NCBI GenBank assembly: GCA_047602425.1
Contig: JASGHG010000001.1
Span: 4,448,001 to 4,512,000 of the forward strand
Origin: Nibricoccus sp.
Lineage (GTDB): Bacteria; Verrucomicrobiota; Verrucomicrobiia; Opitutales; Opitutaceae
Length of the DNA: 64,000 nucleotides
Direction: 5' to 3'
The translations under genes were made by a program, and so were the position numbers. Below the pieces are notes generated by a model. The model was not told the origin of the DNA, did not search any database, and saw only the letters and a program-made list of their open reading frames with translations. The first letter of the stretch is position 1; each line of letters begins with the position of its first letter. Positions 43,257-53,021 of this stretch are shown piece after piece.

Positions 43257-45212
43257 TTATACCCCCGCTTCGACCTGGGCGTGGTGGAGATTGCGCCAGC
43301 GGGCGAGGATGCGGCGGTACATTTCGTCCGGCGCGAGGCCGTTGGCGGCGCGCAGGGTCGCGACGTCGGAACCGTGTTCGATGAACTTGTCGGGCCAGCC
43401 GATGCGTTCGACGGCGGTCGTGCATTCGCCTTCTTGCAGCGCTTCGAGCACGCCGCTGCCAAAACCGCCAGCGAGGACGTTGTCCTCAAGTGTGACGAGC
43501 AGTGGAACGACGGCGGCCTGGCTAAGCAGGAGTTCGCGGTCGAGTGGTTTGGCAAAGCGGGCATTGACGACGCCGACGGACAGATGCTCCTCGGCCTCGA
43601 GGCGCGCGGCGAGCTTGAGGGCTTCAGCGACCATGGGTCCGAGCGCCCAAAGGATGATATTGGATCCTTGCTTCAACACTTCGGCCTGGCCGATGGTTAG
43701 GGTTGCGGGCTGGGCTTTGATCGGCGCGCCGGTGCCGGCGCCGCGTGGGTAGCGGATGAACGCGGGCGAGTCCTGCCGGAGGGAAGTGTGGAGCATGTCG
43801 ACCAGTTCGGCTTCGTCCTTCGGCTGCATGACGATGGTGTTGGGTACGCAGCGGAGGTAGGAAAGATCGAAGAGGCCGTGGTGGGTCGGGCCGTCGTTGG
43901 GTGAAAGGCCGGCGCGGTCCATGCAAAACGTCACGGGGAGATTTTGCAGACAGACATCGTGAATGATTTGATCGAAGCCGCGCTGGAGGAATGTCGAATA
44001 GATCGCGACGACCGGGCGAATGCCCTTGGTGGCGAGGCCGGCGGCGAAAAGCACGGCGTGTTCCTCGGCGATGCCGACATCGAAAAATTGCTTCGGGCAG
44101 GCGGCGGCGAGGTGGTGCAGGCCGGTGCCGCTGGGCATGGCACCGGTGATGCCGACGATGCGGGCGTCTTCCTTGGCGAAACGGGCGAGTGATTGGCCGA
44201 ACACGTCCTGGTAATTGGGAGGCGTTCCGGGCGCGGAGGCTTTGCTCTCGCCGGTTTCGGGATTGTAGGGGCTGGCGCCGTGAAATTTTTCCGGGTGCTC
44301 GATGGCGGCGGGCAGACCGCGGCCTTTTTTCGTGAGCACGTGAAGAACGACCGGAACGTCGGAGCTTTTGGCAAATTCCAGATTCTTGGTCAGCTCTTCG
44401 AGATTGTGGCCATCAACCGGTCCGAGGTAACGCAGGCCAAATTTTTCGAAGAGACTGGAGCTCACAAAAAAGTCTTTCGTCTCGCGTTTCCATTTCACCC
44501 ACATGCGGTGCATGTCATGGCCGTGGGGAAGGCTGGTGAAAAACTTTTCGAGGTCGTGGTGGACCTTGTTGTAAGTCGGATTGGTGGAAAGTTTGTTGAG
44601 GTATTTGGCGATGGCGCCGACATTCTTGGCGATCGACCACTCATTGTCGTTGAGGACGAGGATGAGACGCTTGGTCGACGCGACGACGTTGTTGAGCGCT
44701 TCGAGGGTAATGCCGCAAGTGAACGCAGCGTCGCCGCAAACCGCGACGACGTGTTCGTGGGTGCCGCGGAGATCGCGCGCGGTCGCCATGCCGAGGGCGG
44801 CGCTGAGGGCGGTGCCGGCGTGTCCGGCACCGAAACTGTCGTGGGCGCTTTCGTTGCGGTAGCTGAAGCCGCTGATGCCTCCGGTTTGGCGTAGCTTTTT
44901 GAAACCATCGCCATTGCGGCCCGTGAGAAGCTTGTGAACGTAGCTTTGATGGCTGACGTCGAAAACGAACTGGTCGTCGGGTGTGGAGAAAACGCGATGG
45001 AGCGCGAGCGTGAGTTCGACGACGCCGAGATTTGGGCCGACGTGCCCGCCATTTTTCGCGGTGACCGCAATAATGACGTCGCGGATTTCCTGGGCGAGGC
45101 GGGTCAGTTGGTCGGGCGTGAGGCGCTTTACGTCAGCCGGTCCCTGAATCGTATCGAGAAGGCGCGAAGGAGCTGGCATGGCGTTGGCGGAGGCGGAAGA
45201 CGAAGAATTCAT
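43257..45212 (-). CDS. dxs: 1-deoxy-D-xylulose-5-phosphate synthase
   Basis: GGHVGPNLGVVEL, DVSHQSYVHKLLTGR, DVGIAEEHA, IYSTFLQR, DGPTHHG, IRYPRG. Confidence 0.96.
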   Translation of the reverse strand: MNSSSSASANAMPAPSRLLDTIQGPADVKRLTPDQLTRLAQEIRDVIIAVTAKNGGHVGPNLGVVELTLALHRVFSTPDDQFVFDVSHQSYVHKLLTGRNGDGFKKLRQTGGISGFSYRNESAHDSFGAGHAGTALSAALGMATARDLRGTHEHVVAVCGDAAFTCGITLEALNNVVASTKRLILVLNDNEWSIAKNVGAIAKYLNKLSTNPTYNKVHHDLEKFFTSLPHGHDMHRMWVKWKRETKDFFVSSSLFEKFGLRYLGPVDGHNLEELTKNLEFAKSSDVPVVLHVLTKKGRGLPAAIEHPEKFHGASPYNPETGESKASAPGTPPNYQDVFGQSLARFAKEDARIVGITGAMPSGTGLHHLAAACPKQFFDVGIAEEHAVLFAAGLATKGIRPVVAIYSTFLQRGFDQIIHDVCLQNLPVTFCMDRAGLSPNDGPTHHGLFDLSYLRCVPNTIVMQPKDEAELVDMLHTSLRQDSPAFIRYPRGAGTGAPIKAQPATLTIGQAEVLKQGSNIILWALGPMVAEALKLAARLEAEEHLSVGVVNARFAKPLDRELLLSQAAVVPLLVTLEDNVLAGGFGSGVLEALQEGECTTAVERIGWPDKFIEHGSDVATLRAANGLAPDEMYRRILARWRNLHHAQVEAGV

Positions 45213-45254
45213 CGAGCGGTGAGCTGCGTGATAGTAGACGGTGGCGCGGGTGGC

Positions 45255-45503
45255 TCAGCGGTCGCGTTCGGCGGTCGGAAAAGTGGTGAAGGCGATGCCG
45301 TCTTTTTGTTTTTTGAGCAGCTCAATTTTCATTTCGGCATCTTTGAGACGTGTTTCGCAAATTTTCAGAAGTTTATTGCCCTCTTCGTACTTAGCGAGCA
45401 AGTCGGCCAGCGGCACGTCGCCGGATTCCATGGTGTCGACGATGGTTTCGAGCTGGGCGAGGGCGTCTTCGAAGGAAAGTGATTTGTCGGGCTTGGCTTC
45501 CAC
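45255..45503 (-). CDS. xseB: Exodeoxyribonuclease VII small subunit
   Basis: SFEDALAQLETIV..MESGDVPL...YEEG; typical xseB-dxs linkage. Confidence 0.9.
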   Translation of the reverse strand: MEAKPDKSLSFEDALAQLETIVDTMESGDVPLADLLAKYEEGNKLLKICETRLKDAEMKIELLKKQKDGIAFTTFPTAERDR

Positions 45504-45634
45504 GCGCCCAATCTGTGCGGAGAGTGCGGCTTTTCAACAAAACTTTGGAAAAGGCATGAGGCGAATCACGGGAGTGAGATGGTGGACAAAGTTTTGCGTT
45601 GGCCCGGATCGGGAAGTCGCTGCACAGTTGGGGC

Positions 45635-46873
45635 ATGGTTTTAACGATTGTTGTCGCCCTGATAGTGCTGCGTCTCGCGGCCGAAATAGTTCTGAGCTTG
45701 CTGAATTGCGCCGAGGCGCGCAAAAACGCGGCCAAGCCGCCGGCGGCGGTGGCGGCCATCACAGATGAAGCGAGCTATGCAAAATCCGTCGAATACACGC
45801 TGGCCAAGGGGCGCTTTGGCCGGATCGAACTCGTGTGGGATTCCCTCGTGCTCGTAGTCGTGCTGAGCTGCGGCCTGCTGCCTTGGTTGTATGCGAAGTT
45901 TGCTCCGATTTCGCCGACGGGTGTTTGGGACGACGCCTTGTTTTTGATCGCAACAGGGCTGCTGCTCGGCCTGCCGTCGCTACCGCTCGATTGGTGGGGA
46001 CAATTTAAACTGGAGGAGAAATTTGGATTCAACAAAAGCACTCTGGGCTTGTGGATCAGCGATAAGATCAAAGGCATGGTGCTGGGCCTGGCGATTGGTT
46101 TTCCGCTGCTTTGGGCTCTGCTGTCACTTGTGCGGCTGGCCGGTAGCACCTGGTGGATTTGGGGCTTTGCGTTGGTTTTTGTTTTTCAACTGTTGATGCT
46201 GGTACTCTACCCGAAACTGATTTTGCCACTCTTCAACAAACTCACGCCGCTGCCGGAGGGCGATTTGCGCAAGCGGCTGTTGGAACTGTCGGAGCGGACC
46301 GGGTTTCGCGCGTCGACGATTCAAGTGATGGACGGCAGCAAACGCTCCGGACATTCGAACGCGTTTTTCACGGGCTTCGGAAAATTCCGTCGTATTGTGC
46401 TTTTCGATACATTGATCGAACAGCTCAAGCCGGAGGAACTCGAAGCCGTGCTGGCGCACGAAGTCGGCCACTATAAACGCGGGCATATCCCGAAAACGAT
46501 TGCAGTGAGCGCGGTGATGATGCTGGGCGCGTTTGCCGCCATCGCGTGGCTGGCGCAGGCGCCCTGGTTCAATACGGCGTTCGGTCTACCTGCGGGGGAA
46601 ATCGCGCCAGCATTTTTGCTCTTTGGCCTGCTGAGCGGTTTGGCGACATTCTGGTTCACACCGGTCGGGAATTATTTCTCGCGAAAGCATGAATACGAAG
46701 CCGACGCTTTTGCACGCGAAGCGGTGGGCGGCGCGGGACCGATGATCGGCGCGCTCCATGTGCTGGCGAAAAAAAACCTGAGCAATCTCACGCCGCATCG
46801 CTGGTTCAGCGGGTTTTACTATTCGCATCCGACGGTGGTGGAACGCGAGGAGGCTCTACTCGCGGCGAAATGA
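45635..46873 (+). CDS. M48 (Ste24/CAAX-type) membrane metallopeptidase
   Basis: FGFNKST, DGSKRSGHSNAFFTGFG, AHEVGH, EYEAD, YSHP. Confidence 0.9.
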   Translation: MVLTIVVALIVLRLAAEIVLSLLNCAEARKNAAKPPAAVAAITDEASYAKSVEYTLAKGRFGRIELVWDSLVLVVVLSCGLLPWLYAKFAPISPTGVWDDALFLIATGLLLGLPSLPLDWWGQFKLEEKFGFNKSTLGLWISDKIKGMVLGLAIGFPLLWALLSLVRLAGSTWWIWGFALVFVFQLLMLVLYPKLILPLFNKLTPLPEGDLRKRLLELSERTGFRASTIQVMDGSKRSGHSNAFFTGFGKFRRIVLFDTLIEQLKPEELEAVLAHEVGHYKRGHIPKTIAVSAVMMLGAFAAIAWLAQAPWFNTAFGLPAGEIAPAFLLFGLLSGLATFWFTPVGNYFSRKHEYEADAFAREAVGGAGPMIGALHVLAKKNLSNLTPHRWFSGFYYSHPTVVEREEALLAAK

Positions 46874-47820
46874 AATTCGGAATGGCCACAAAAAGCACAA
46901 AAGGCACAAAACACTTCAGCGGGCGGGCTTGGCCGGGGATTGGCTATGTGTGGTTGTTGTTGTTTGTTTGGACGGCTTTAAAGGCCGAAACTATCACCAT
47001 CGCTACGTATAACGTGCAAAACTATGGCCTTGCCGATCGCATGGTCGAAGGGACGTTCAGACAGGCGTATCCGAAACCGGAGACAGAGAAAAAGGCGCTG
47101 CGCGCGGTGATTCGCACCCTCGATGCCGACGTGATCGCATTGCAGGAAATCGGCCCAAAGTCGTTTTTGGAGGAATTGCAACGGGACCTTGCGGCCGACG
47201 GCGTAAAGTACCCCTACGCGGAATTGTTGGAAGCTGCCGATGAGGAACGGCACGTGGCGATTTTGTCGCGGCGGCCCTTTGCTTCCGTGGGACGGCACAC
47301 GGACCTGACATTTTCATATTTTAAGACGAAGGAGCCGGTGAAACGAGGTCTGCTCGAAGTGCGTTTCAAAATGGAAAGTGGCGAGCTCACGCTGTTCGTC
47401 GTGCACCTGAAAAGTCGTTTCACCGATCGGGACGACGATCCGCTTTCGGCGCAACGTCGGCTCGGCGAAGCGGTGGCAGTGCGCGATCGTGTGCTGAAAC
47501 TTTTCCCAGAACCAACGAAAGCGCGGTTTATCTTGATGGGCGATTGCAACGACAGCGGTGCCAGCCGGCCATTGCGCTCCCTCATGAAACGCGGCGAGGC
47601 GGAGATTTTTCAGCGCGTGCCCGCGACGGACAGCCGGGGCGAAGTCTGGACGCATTTTTATCGAAAGGAGCAGACCTACAGCGCTGTCGATCACGTGTTG
47701 ATTTCGCCGGCGCTGAAAACGGCGGTGGTCACCGGAACGGCCACAATTTGCGATTCGTCTGAGGTATTGGAGGCGAGCGATCACCGGCCGGTGGTGGTGA
47801 AACTCAAGTGGGAAAAATAG
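46870..47820 (+). CDS. Endonuclease/exonuclease/phosphatase-family protein
   Basis: IATYNVQN, DVIALQE, HLKS, GDCND, DHVL, SDHRP; true start may lie slightly downstream. Confidence 0.85.
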   Translation: MKFGMATKSTKGTKHFSGRAWPGIGYVWLLLFVWTALKAETITIATYNVQNYGLADRMVEGTFRQAYPKPETEKKALRAVIRTLDADVIALQEIGPKSFLEELQRDLAADGVKYPYAELLEAADEERHVAILSRRPFASVGRHTDLTFSYFKTKEPVKRGLLEVRFKMESGELTLFVVHLKSRFTDRDDDPLSAQRRLGEAVAVRDRVLKLFPEPTKARFILMGDCNDSGASRPLRSLMKRGEAEIFQRVPATDSRGEVWTHFYRKEQTYSAVDHVLISPALKTAVVTGTATICDSSEVLEASDHRPVVVKLKWEK

Positions 47821-47966
47821 AGGGCGCTGTAGCGCGGCGCGCCACTGGGATTCGGTATTTTGCCGGATGACGAGTTTGTTACGTAATACGTGACAAACAT
47901 CGCGAGCCTAGAGCACATACGATAAAACTATAGTCGTAAATCGGTATTACAAACCGAGCTGTCTTC

Positions 47967-48036
47967 GTAGGGCGCAGTCTTGCTACGCCCTTTCTGTGGC
48001 AAAGCCAAACCGGGCGCAGCAAGACTGCGCCCCTAC
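47967..48036. repeat. REP doublet (GTAGGGGCG family)
   Basis: GTAGGGCGCAGTCTTGCTACGCCC / GGGCGCAGCAAGACTGCGCCCCTAC inverted pair. Confidence 0.75.
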
Positions 48037-48125
48037 ACCCGGAGTAGTGCGGTGATGACATTTTTAAAAATGCTCTAGAAGGCCGGAGATAAGAGCGGTT
48101 TGTCGGATTCGTTTGATTTGGGCGC

Positions 48126-48156
48126 AAAAAAACCGGCTCCTTGCGAGAGCCGGTTT
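48126..48156 (-). terminator. Intrinsic terminator
   Basis: Minus strand AAACCGGCTC-TCGCAAG-GAGCCGGTTTTTTT after the 48178-49143 gene. Confidence 0.75.
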
Positions 48157-48177
48157 CGGGAATTATTTTGTCGATGT

Positions 48178-49143
48178 TTAGTTGACCGTGATCGGGACGT
48201 GCAGCTCTTTCACGCCGGGGCCCTTAATGAAGAGGGTGCCTTTGCCGGGACGGCCGCCTTCAATGGTAATGGTGGTCGTGTTGTTGCCCTGCGGGATGAT
48301 GACCTCGGGCATGATCACGCTCTCGGGAACGTCGGTGGTGACGTCAATGAGCAGACCGCCAGCGGTTGCGGCGACAGGAGAGGTAAAGGTGAGCGGAGCT
48401 TTTTCGCCGCGGCGCAACGTGATCGCGGTGGGCGAGACGAGCAGGCCGCCCGCGTTAGGAGCCGAGAAGCCGGTGCTGGACAGGTCGCTGCCGACCGGAC
48501 CATCGATGCGGAAAGTGCCGACGGGCGTCTGGCTGGTGCCGCTGCCGATGGACACGCGGTAGTTGCGATTGGCGTCAAGACCGGGAACGTAGAACCCGAT
48601 GGAGCCGGCCGATTCGAAGACGGTGCGGACGGGAGTTTCGTCGAAGTTGATGATGTCGTTGGGCGTGAAACCGCGACCGCTGATGCGAACGAGCGCGCCG
48701 ACGGGGCCGCGATTGGCTTCGATCGAGACGATGTAGCGGCTCAGGATCTGCGAGCGTTGCAGCGGCGTGTAATCCTCGCGGGAGGAAGTCAGGCCATTGG
48801 AACGTTGGATCTGGTAGTTAGTTTGGATATAGTAAACGAGTTCGTTGCGGCCGGCGGGAACTTGATAATCGACTTCCCAAATGTCCTGGCCGAGCGGGCT
48901 CTTCTTGAGCGCGATACTTTGGCCATCGATGACGAGCATGGGAACGACGGTGCCCGGCACGTAATCGGCATCACGGGGGTTGACGCGCGCGGAAATCGTA
49001 TAGATTTGCGACGGATTTTCCGGGAAGGTCGACGGCGTCAGATTGGTGATCGAGGCTGTGTAGCAGCCCGTCAGCATGAGGGAGAGGGCGGCGCCCAACC
49101 CGAGGAAGATTCGTCTCGCGTGAGAGAAGCGGTTGTTTTGCAT
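48178..49143 (-). CDS. Cell-surface lipoprotein with IPT/TIG-like domain
   Basis: Lipobox LTGC; RGPVGALVRISGRGF IPT/TIG pattern. Confidence 0.75.
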   Translation of the reverse strand: MQNNRFSHARRIFLGLGAALSLMLTGCYTASITNLTPSTFPENPSQIYTISARVNPRDADYVPGTVVPMLVIDGQSIALKKSPLGQDIWEVDYQVPAGRNELVYYIQTNYQIQRSNGLTSSREDYTPLQRSQILSRYIVSIEANRGPVGALVRISGRGFTPNDIINFDETPVRTVFESAGSIGFYVPGLDANRNYRVSIGSGTSQTPVGTFRIDGPVGSDLSSTGFSAPNAGGLLVSPTAITLRRGEKAPLTFTSPVAATAGGLLIDVTTDVPESVIMPEVIIPQGNNTTTITIEGGRPGKGTLFIKGPGVKELHVPITVN

Positions 49144-49219
49144 TGGGATTTTCCGATTAAAAAATCACTGTGAAGGCAATATAAACTTATGCGGCTTGGC
49201 AATGAGCGAAATTAAAAAC

Positions 49220-50386
49220 ATGCAGACCCTAGCGCCAGTCAGAAATGCACTGGGGTTGTACGTGCATGTGCCTTTTTGTGCAAGGACGTGCGATTATTGC
49301 GCCTTTTATCAGGTTGCGCCCACGGCGGCGATGGTTCGCGAGTACCTCGAGGGCGTCGCCCGGGAGGCGGAATTGGTTAGGTGGATCCAGCCGGTGGATA
49401 CGATTTTCTGGGGCGGCGGCACGCCGGGATTGCTGGCGCCAGCGGACTTGCGACGTTTGGGCGAGACGGTGAAGACGCGTTTTGGCGGTGTGCCGTCGGA
49501 ATGGTCGGTGGAACTGGCGCCGGGTTCGGTCACCGAGGCGCGGCTGGCGGTTTTGCGGGAATTAGGTGTCACACGTGTTTCGATGGGCGCGCAAAGTTTT
49601 CAGCCAAGTTTGTTGGAGGCATTGGGCCGGCCGCACACGCGGGAACAAATTTTGCGGGCTTACGAACGGATACGCGCGGCGGGTTTCATCAACGTGAATA
49701 TCGATCTCATGTTTGCCGTGCCCGGGCAGGACGAAGCCTCGTGGCTGGAGGATGTGCGCATGGCGGTCGATCTCGCGCCGGAGCATCTCTCCACCTATTG
49801 CCTAACCTTTGAAGAGGATACAGCGCTTTGGGTGAAACTGTCGCAGGGCAAAGTGAAGCTCGATTCCGAGCGCGAGGCGCGGCTCTACGAAAAAACATGG
49901 GAGCAACTCGACGCTGCGGGTTACGCGCAGTACGAAATTTCCAATTTCGCCCGGCGAGGTTATTCGTGCCTCCACAATTTGAATACATGGCGCATGCACG
50001 AGTGGGTTGGTCTTGGGCCGGCGGCTTCGTCGCAATATTCGGGTTGGCGGGGCACCAATATCGACGACCTGGCAAAGTGGAACGAGCGGCTCGCCCGCGG
50101 CGAACGAGCCACGGAAGATCGTGCGGAAATTACACCGGCATTGCTGGCTGAAGACGCAATCGTGTTTGGCCTGCGCATGAACGAAGGCGTGGACCTGACG
50201 GCGTTGCGTGCGCGTTTTCCGCAGGCGCCATGGAACGCCATGGACGAATTTGCGGCGCGGTTAACCGCGGAAGGATTGGCCAAGTTGACCAACGGTCAAC
50301 TTGCACTGACCTTGCGCGGCCGGCTCATAGCTGATGCGATCGGCGCCGAAGTAATGACTACAATGGATCGCGAGACTTCCGTATGA
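49220..50386 (+). CDS. hemW: Radical-SAM heme chaperone HemW (HemN-like)
   Basis: LYVHVPFCARTCDYCAF, WGGGTP, YEISNFA, HNLNTW. Confidence 0.85.
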   Translation: MQTLAPVRNALGLYVHVPFCARTCDYCAFYQVAPTAAMVREYLEGVAREAELVRWIQPVDTIFWGGGTPGLLAPADLRRLGETVKTRFGGVPSEWSVELAPGSVTEARLAVLRELGVTRVSMGAQSFQPSLLEALGRPHTREQILRAYERIRAAGFINVNIDLMFAVPGQDEASWLEDVRMAVDLAPEHLSTYCLTFEEDTALWVKLSQGKVKLDSEREARLYEKTWEQLDAAGYAQYEISNFARRGYSCLHNLNTWRMHEWVGLGPAASSQYSGWRGTNIDDLAKWNERLARGERATEDRAEITPALLAEDAIVFGLRMNEGVDLTALRARFPQAPWNAMDEFAARLTAEGLAKLTNGQLALTLRGRLIADAIGAEVMTTMDRETSV

Positions 50387-51402
50387 CGAAACTATTCCTA
50401 TCGGCCATGATGTTGGTAGCGCTCGCGACGATGGCGCAGGCGCAGCGCGTCGAAATCGTCTGGCCCACGCCGAACACCGCTTATCTGGAGGGCAAGCCGC
50501 TCTCGGAATTCATTCAGCCGACGGCCGCGGGCGAACCCGAGTCGGGACTCTTTGGCTGTCGACGCAGCAGCGGCCGGCAGTTTCACGAGGCGCTCGATTT
50601 AAAACCGTTGCGACGCGATCGGCGTGGCGAGCCCACCGATCCAGTTTTCGCCGCCATGAGCGGCGTGGTCCACTACGTCAGCCGCAGCCCGGGCAACAGC
50701 AATTATGGGCGCTACGTCGTGTTGGAGCATCCCGATGCCGAGCCGGCGATTTACACGCTCTACGCGCATTTGGCGGAGATCGCACCAGAAATTGCAGTCG
50801 GAGGCGTGGTGACGCGCGGCCAGGTTCTTGGCGTAATGGGCCGCAGTTCGAGCGAACAGGCGATTCCGCGCGAACGGGCTCACTTGCATTTCGAAATGGG
50901 CGTGATGCTCTCGCGCGATTTCCAGAGCTGGTACGACTGGAAAAAATTCGGCAACCGCAACCCGCACGGACTTTACAATGGCATGAACCTGCTCGGCTTC
51001 GATCCGTTGGAATTTTTCGACGCCTACCGGTCGCGGCGCGTCGATACGTTTCGCGGGTATTTCGCGCAAATGAAGACGGCGGTGCGCCTGCGCATCGCCA
51101 CGCAACGCGTTCCGGATTACGTGCAACGCTATCCATCGCTCATCTCCAAGCCGCTTCCACCGGATCAACTGGTCGGAGGTTGGGAGGTCCGTGTCAACGA
51201 AATGGGCCTGCCATTCTCCTTCACGCCGCTCTCGCCGATGGAGATGATGAGCGTTGGTTCGGGAACGGTGCAGATATTGGAGGCCAACGAAGCGATTTTA
51301 AAACAACACCGCTGCAAATCCCTCGTCTTTGAAAAGCGCGGCTCCTGGGCCATCGGCCGCGATTTGCAAGAAGTGCTGCAGCTGGTGTTTGGGTTGAGGT
51401 GA
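50383..51402 (+). CDS. M23-family metallopeptidase
   Basis: HEALD, YGRYVVLEH, TLYAHL, HLHFE. Confidence 0.88.
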   Translation: MTKLFLSAMMLVALATMAQAQRVEIVWPTPNTAYLEGKPLSEFIQPTAAGEPESGLFGCRRSSGRQFHEALDLKPLRRDRRGEPTDPVFAAMSGVVHYVSRSPGNSNYGRYVVLEHPDAEPAIYTLYAHLAEIAPEIAVGGVVTRGQVLGVMGRSSSEQAIPRERAHLHFEMGVMLSRDFQSWYDWKKFGNRNPHGLYNGMNLLGFDPLEFFDAYRSRRVDTFRGYFAQMKTAVRLRIATQRVPDYVQRYPSLISKPLPPDQLVGGWEVRVNEMGLPFSFTPLSPMEMMSVGSGTVQILEANEAILKQHRCKSLVFEKRGSWAIGRDLQEVLQLVFGLR

Positions 51403-51437
51403 GCCAGCTTCGGGCATAGGCCAACTGAACAAGCAGT

Positions 51438-51935
51438 TCACTCAAGCTTAAGTGATTTCAAGAATGTGGCAGACTCCGAGCCTGTCAGCTTGGATTTTTC
51501 CTTTGCGATGATCGTAATTCCGTAAGTGATCTGTTCGATCTGTATCATCCAATTCGAATAAAATAACTCTCCGTTTTCTGACTTCAGAGAAGTCACTAAC
51601 TCGGCGGCGTCGTGATCAGCCAGTTTCTTAATTTGGAATGAAATCTTTTGGGTAAAATTTTCTGATAATCCCCGTGCCCACTCCTCAGCATTCTCTCGAA
51701 AGGTAGGTTTAGCCTCGGGCATAGGGGCGTCGATGACTGTGAAAATGTATACTAAAGCGACGGATTGATTTTCTGCTGACCAAATTCGTACCGCGGGATT
51801 CCCTTCGTGGAGAACTGGGGCCGTCCATCCTGCTTCATCAGGAAATGAAATCTTGAACTTGGGTTTTTCGCTAGAAACGTCTTTTGCCTGAAGGCCGATT
51901 GTAAACGCTAGTAAAACACAAATAATATATTTCAT
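51438..51935 (-). CDS. Hypothetical secreted protein, AT-rich
   Basis: Signal peptide MKYIICVLLAFTIGLQA; the track's longer ORF overlaps nadA. Confidence 0.65.
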   Translation of the reverse strand: MKYIICVLLAFTIGLQAKDVSSEKPKFKISFPDEAGWTAPVLHEGNPAVRIWSAENQSVALVYIFTVIDAPMPEAKPTFRENAEEWARGLSENFTQKISFQIKKLADHDAAELVTSLKSENGELFYSNWMIQIEQITYGITIIAKEKSKLTGSESATFLKSLKLE

Positions 51936-51967
51936 GTAGTTAGGCGTAAGGACTTGTTCGCTAAAGC

Positions 51968-52951
51968 TTATCGCTTGCTCCAATCCAGCATGCGCTGGAT
52001 GGGGGCGAGGGCGGCGGTGCGGGTTGGCTCGGGGACGTCGATGGCAGGGCTGAGGGTTTTCAAGGCGTCGCGAACTTTTTCGATCGTGTTCATTTTCATG
52101 AAACGGCAGTCGTTGCAGGCGCAGGTGTCGGTCGGGCCGGCGATGAAGGTCTTGTCGGGAACCTCGCGTTGCAGGCGGTGGAGCATGCCGCTTTCGGTGA
52201 CGACAATGATGCGTTTCGCGGGCGTCTCCTTCGCAAATTTCACCATGAGTTCGGTGCTGCACACTTCGTCGGCGAGGTCGCGGACGGCTTGCACGCATTC
52301 GGGGTGCGCAACGATGGGCGCATCAGGAAACTGAATACGGGCCTTTTCCAAGGCCTGCACGGTGAAGAGCACGTGCGCGTAACAGCTGCCGGGCCAGAGT
52401 TGCATCTTGCGCTTGGTTTTCTGCGCAACCCATTGGCCGAGGTTTTGGTCGGGGACAAAAAGAATTTCGCGGTCGGCAGGAACCTGATTGACGATTTTGA
52501 CGGCATTGCCGCTGGTGCAGATGACGTCACTCAACGCCTTCACGCCGGCCGAGCAATTGATGTAGGCGACGACGTAGACGTTGGGATTTTTCGCTTTGTA
52601 GGCGGCGAGTTGTTCGGCCGGGCATGAGTCGGAGAGCGAGCAGCCGGCGGCGAGATCGGGGATGAGGACGGTGCGGCCGGGATTCACGATCTTGGCCGTT
52701 TCGGCCATGAAGTGGACGCCGCAGAAGAGGATGACGTCCGCCTTGGCCTGCTGAGCCTGGTAGGAGAGGCCAAGCGAATCGCCCACGAAATCGGCGATGC
52801 GCTGGATCGGCTCGATTTGATAATTGTGCGCGAGAATGACGGCGTTGCGCTCCTTTTTCAGGCGGAGAATTTCCTCCTGAATGACGGAAAGTGGCGCGGG
52901 TTCGCGGCGCGGTGCGGCGATGACGGGTTCGTAGTTAAGGACGGCAGGCAT
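51968..52951 (-). CDS. nadA: Quinolinate synthase
   Basis: ILAHNYQ, GDSL, FCGVHFMAETAK, AGCSL, YINCSA, CTSGNA, AHPEC, C..MK. Confidence 0.96.
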   Translation of the reverse strand: MPAVLNYEPVIAAPRREPAPLSVIQEEILRLKKERNAVILAHNYQIEPIQRIADFVGDSLGLSYQAQQAKADVILFCGVHFMAETAKIVNPGRTVLIPDLAAGCSLSDSCPAEQLAAYKAKNPNVYVVAYINCSAGVKALSDVICTSGNAVKIVNQVPADREILFVPDQNLGQWVAQKTKRKMQLWPGSCYAHVLFTVQALEKARIQFPDAPIVAHPECVQAVRDLADEVCSTELMVKFAKETPAKRIIVVTESGMLHRLQREVPDKTFIAGPTDTCACNDCRFMKMNTIEKVRDALKTLSPAIDVPEPTRTAALAPIQRMLDWSKR

Positions 52952-53021
52952 GTCGATTGAGTCACAAATTTCACGCAAAAGAGCGTGAATGCAAAGAAGA
53001 AGATTTTTTGTGCAGCTGCCG

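Noticed and set aside
51936..52298. N-terminal extension of the 286-aa ORF 51438-52298
   Set aside because: Overlaps nadA in another frame; a signal peptide begins at ATG 51935.
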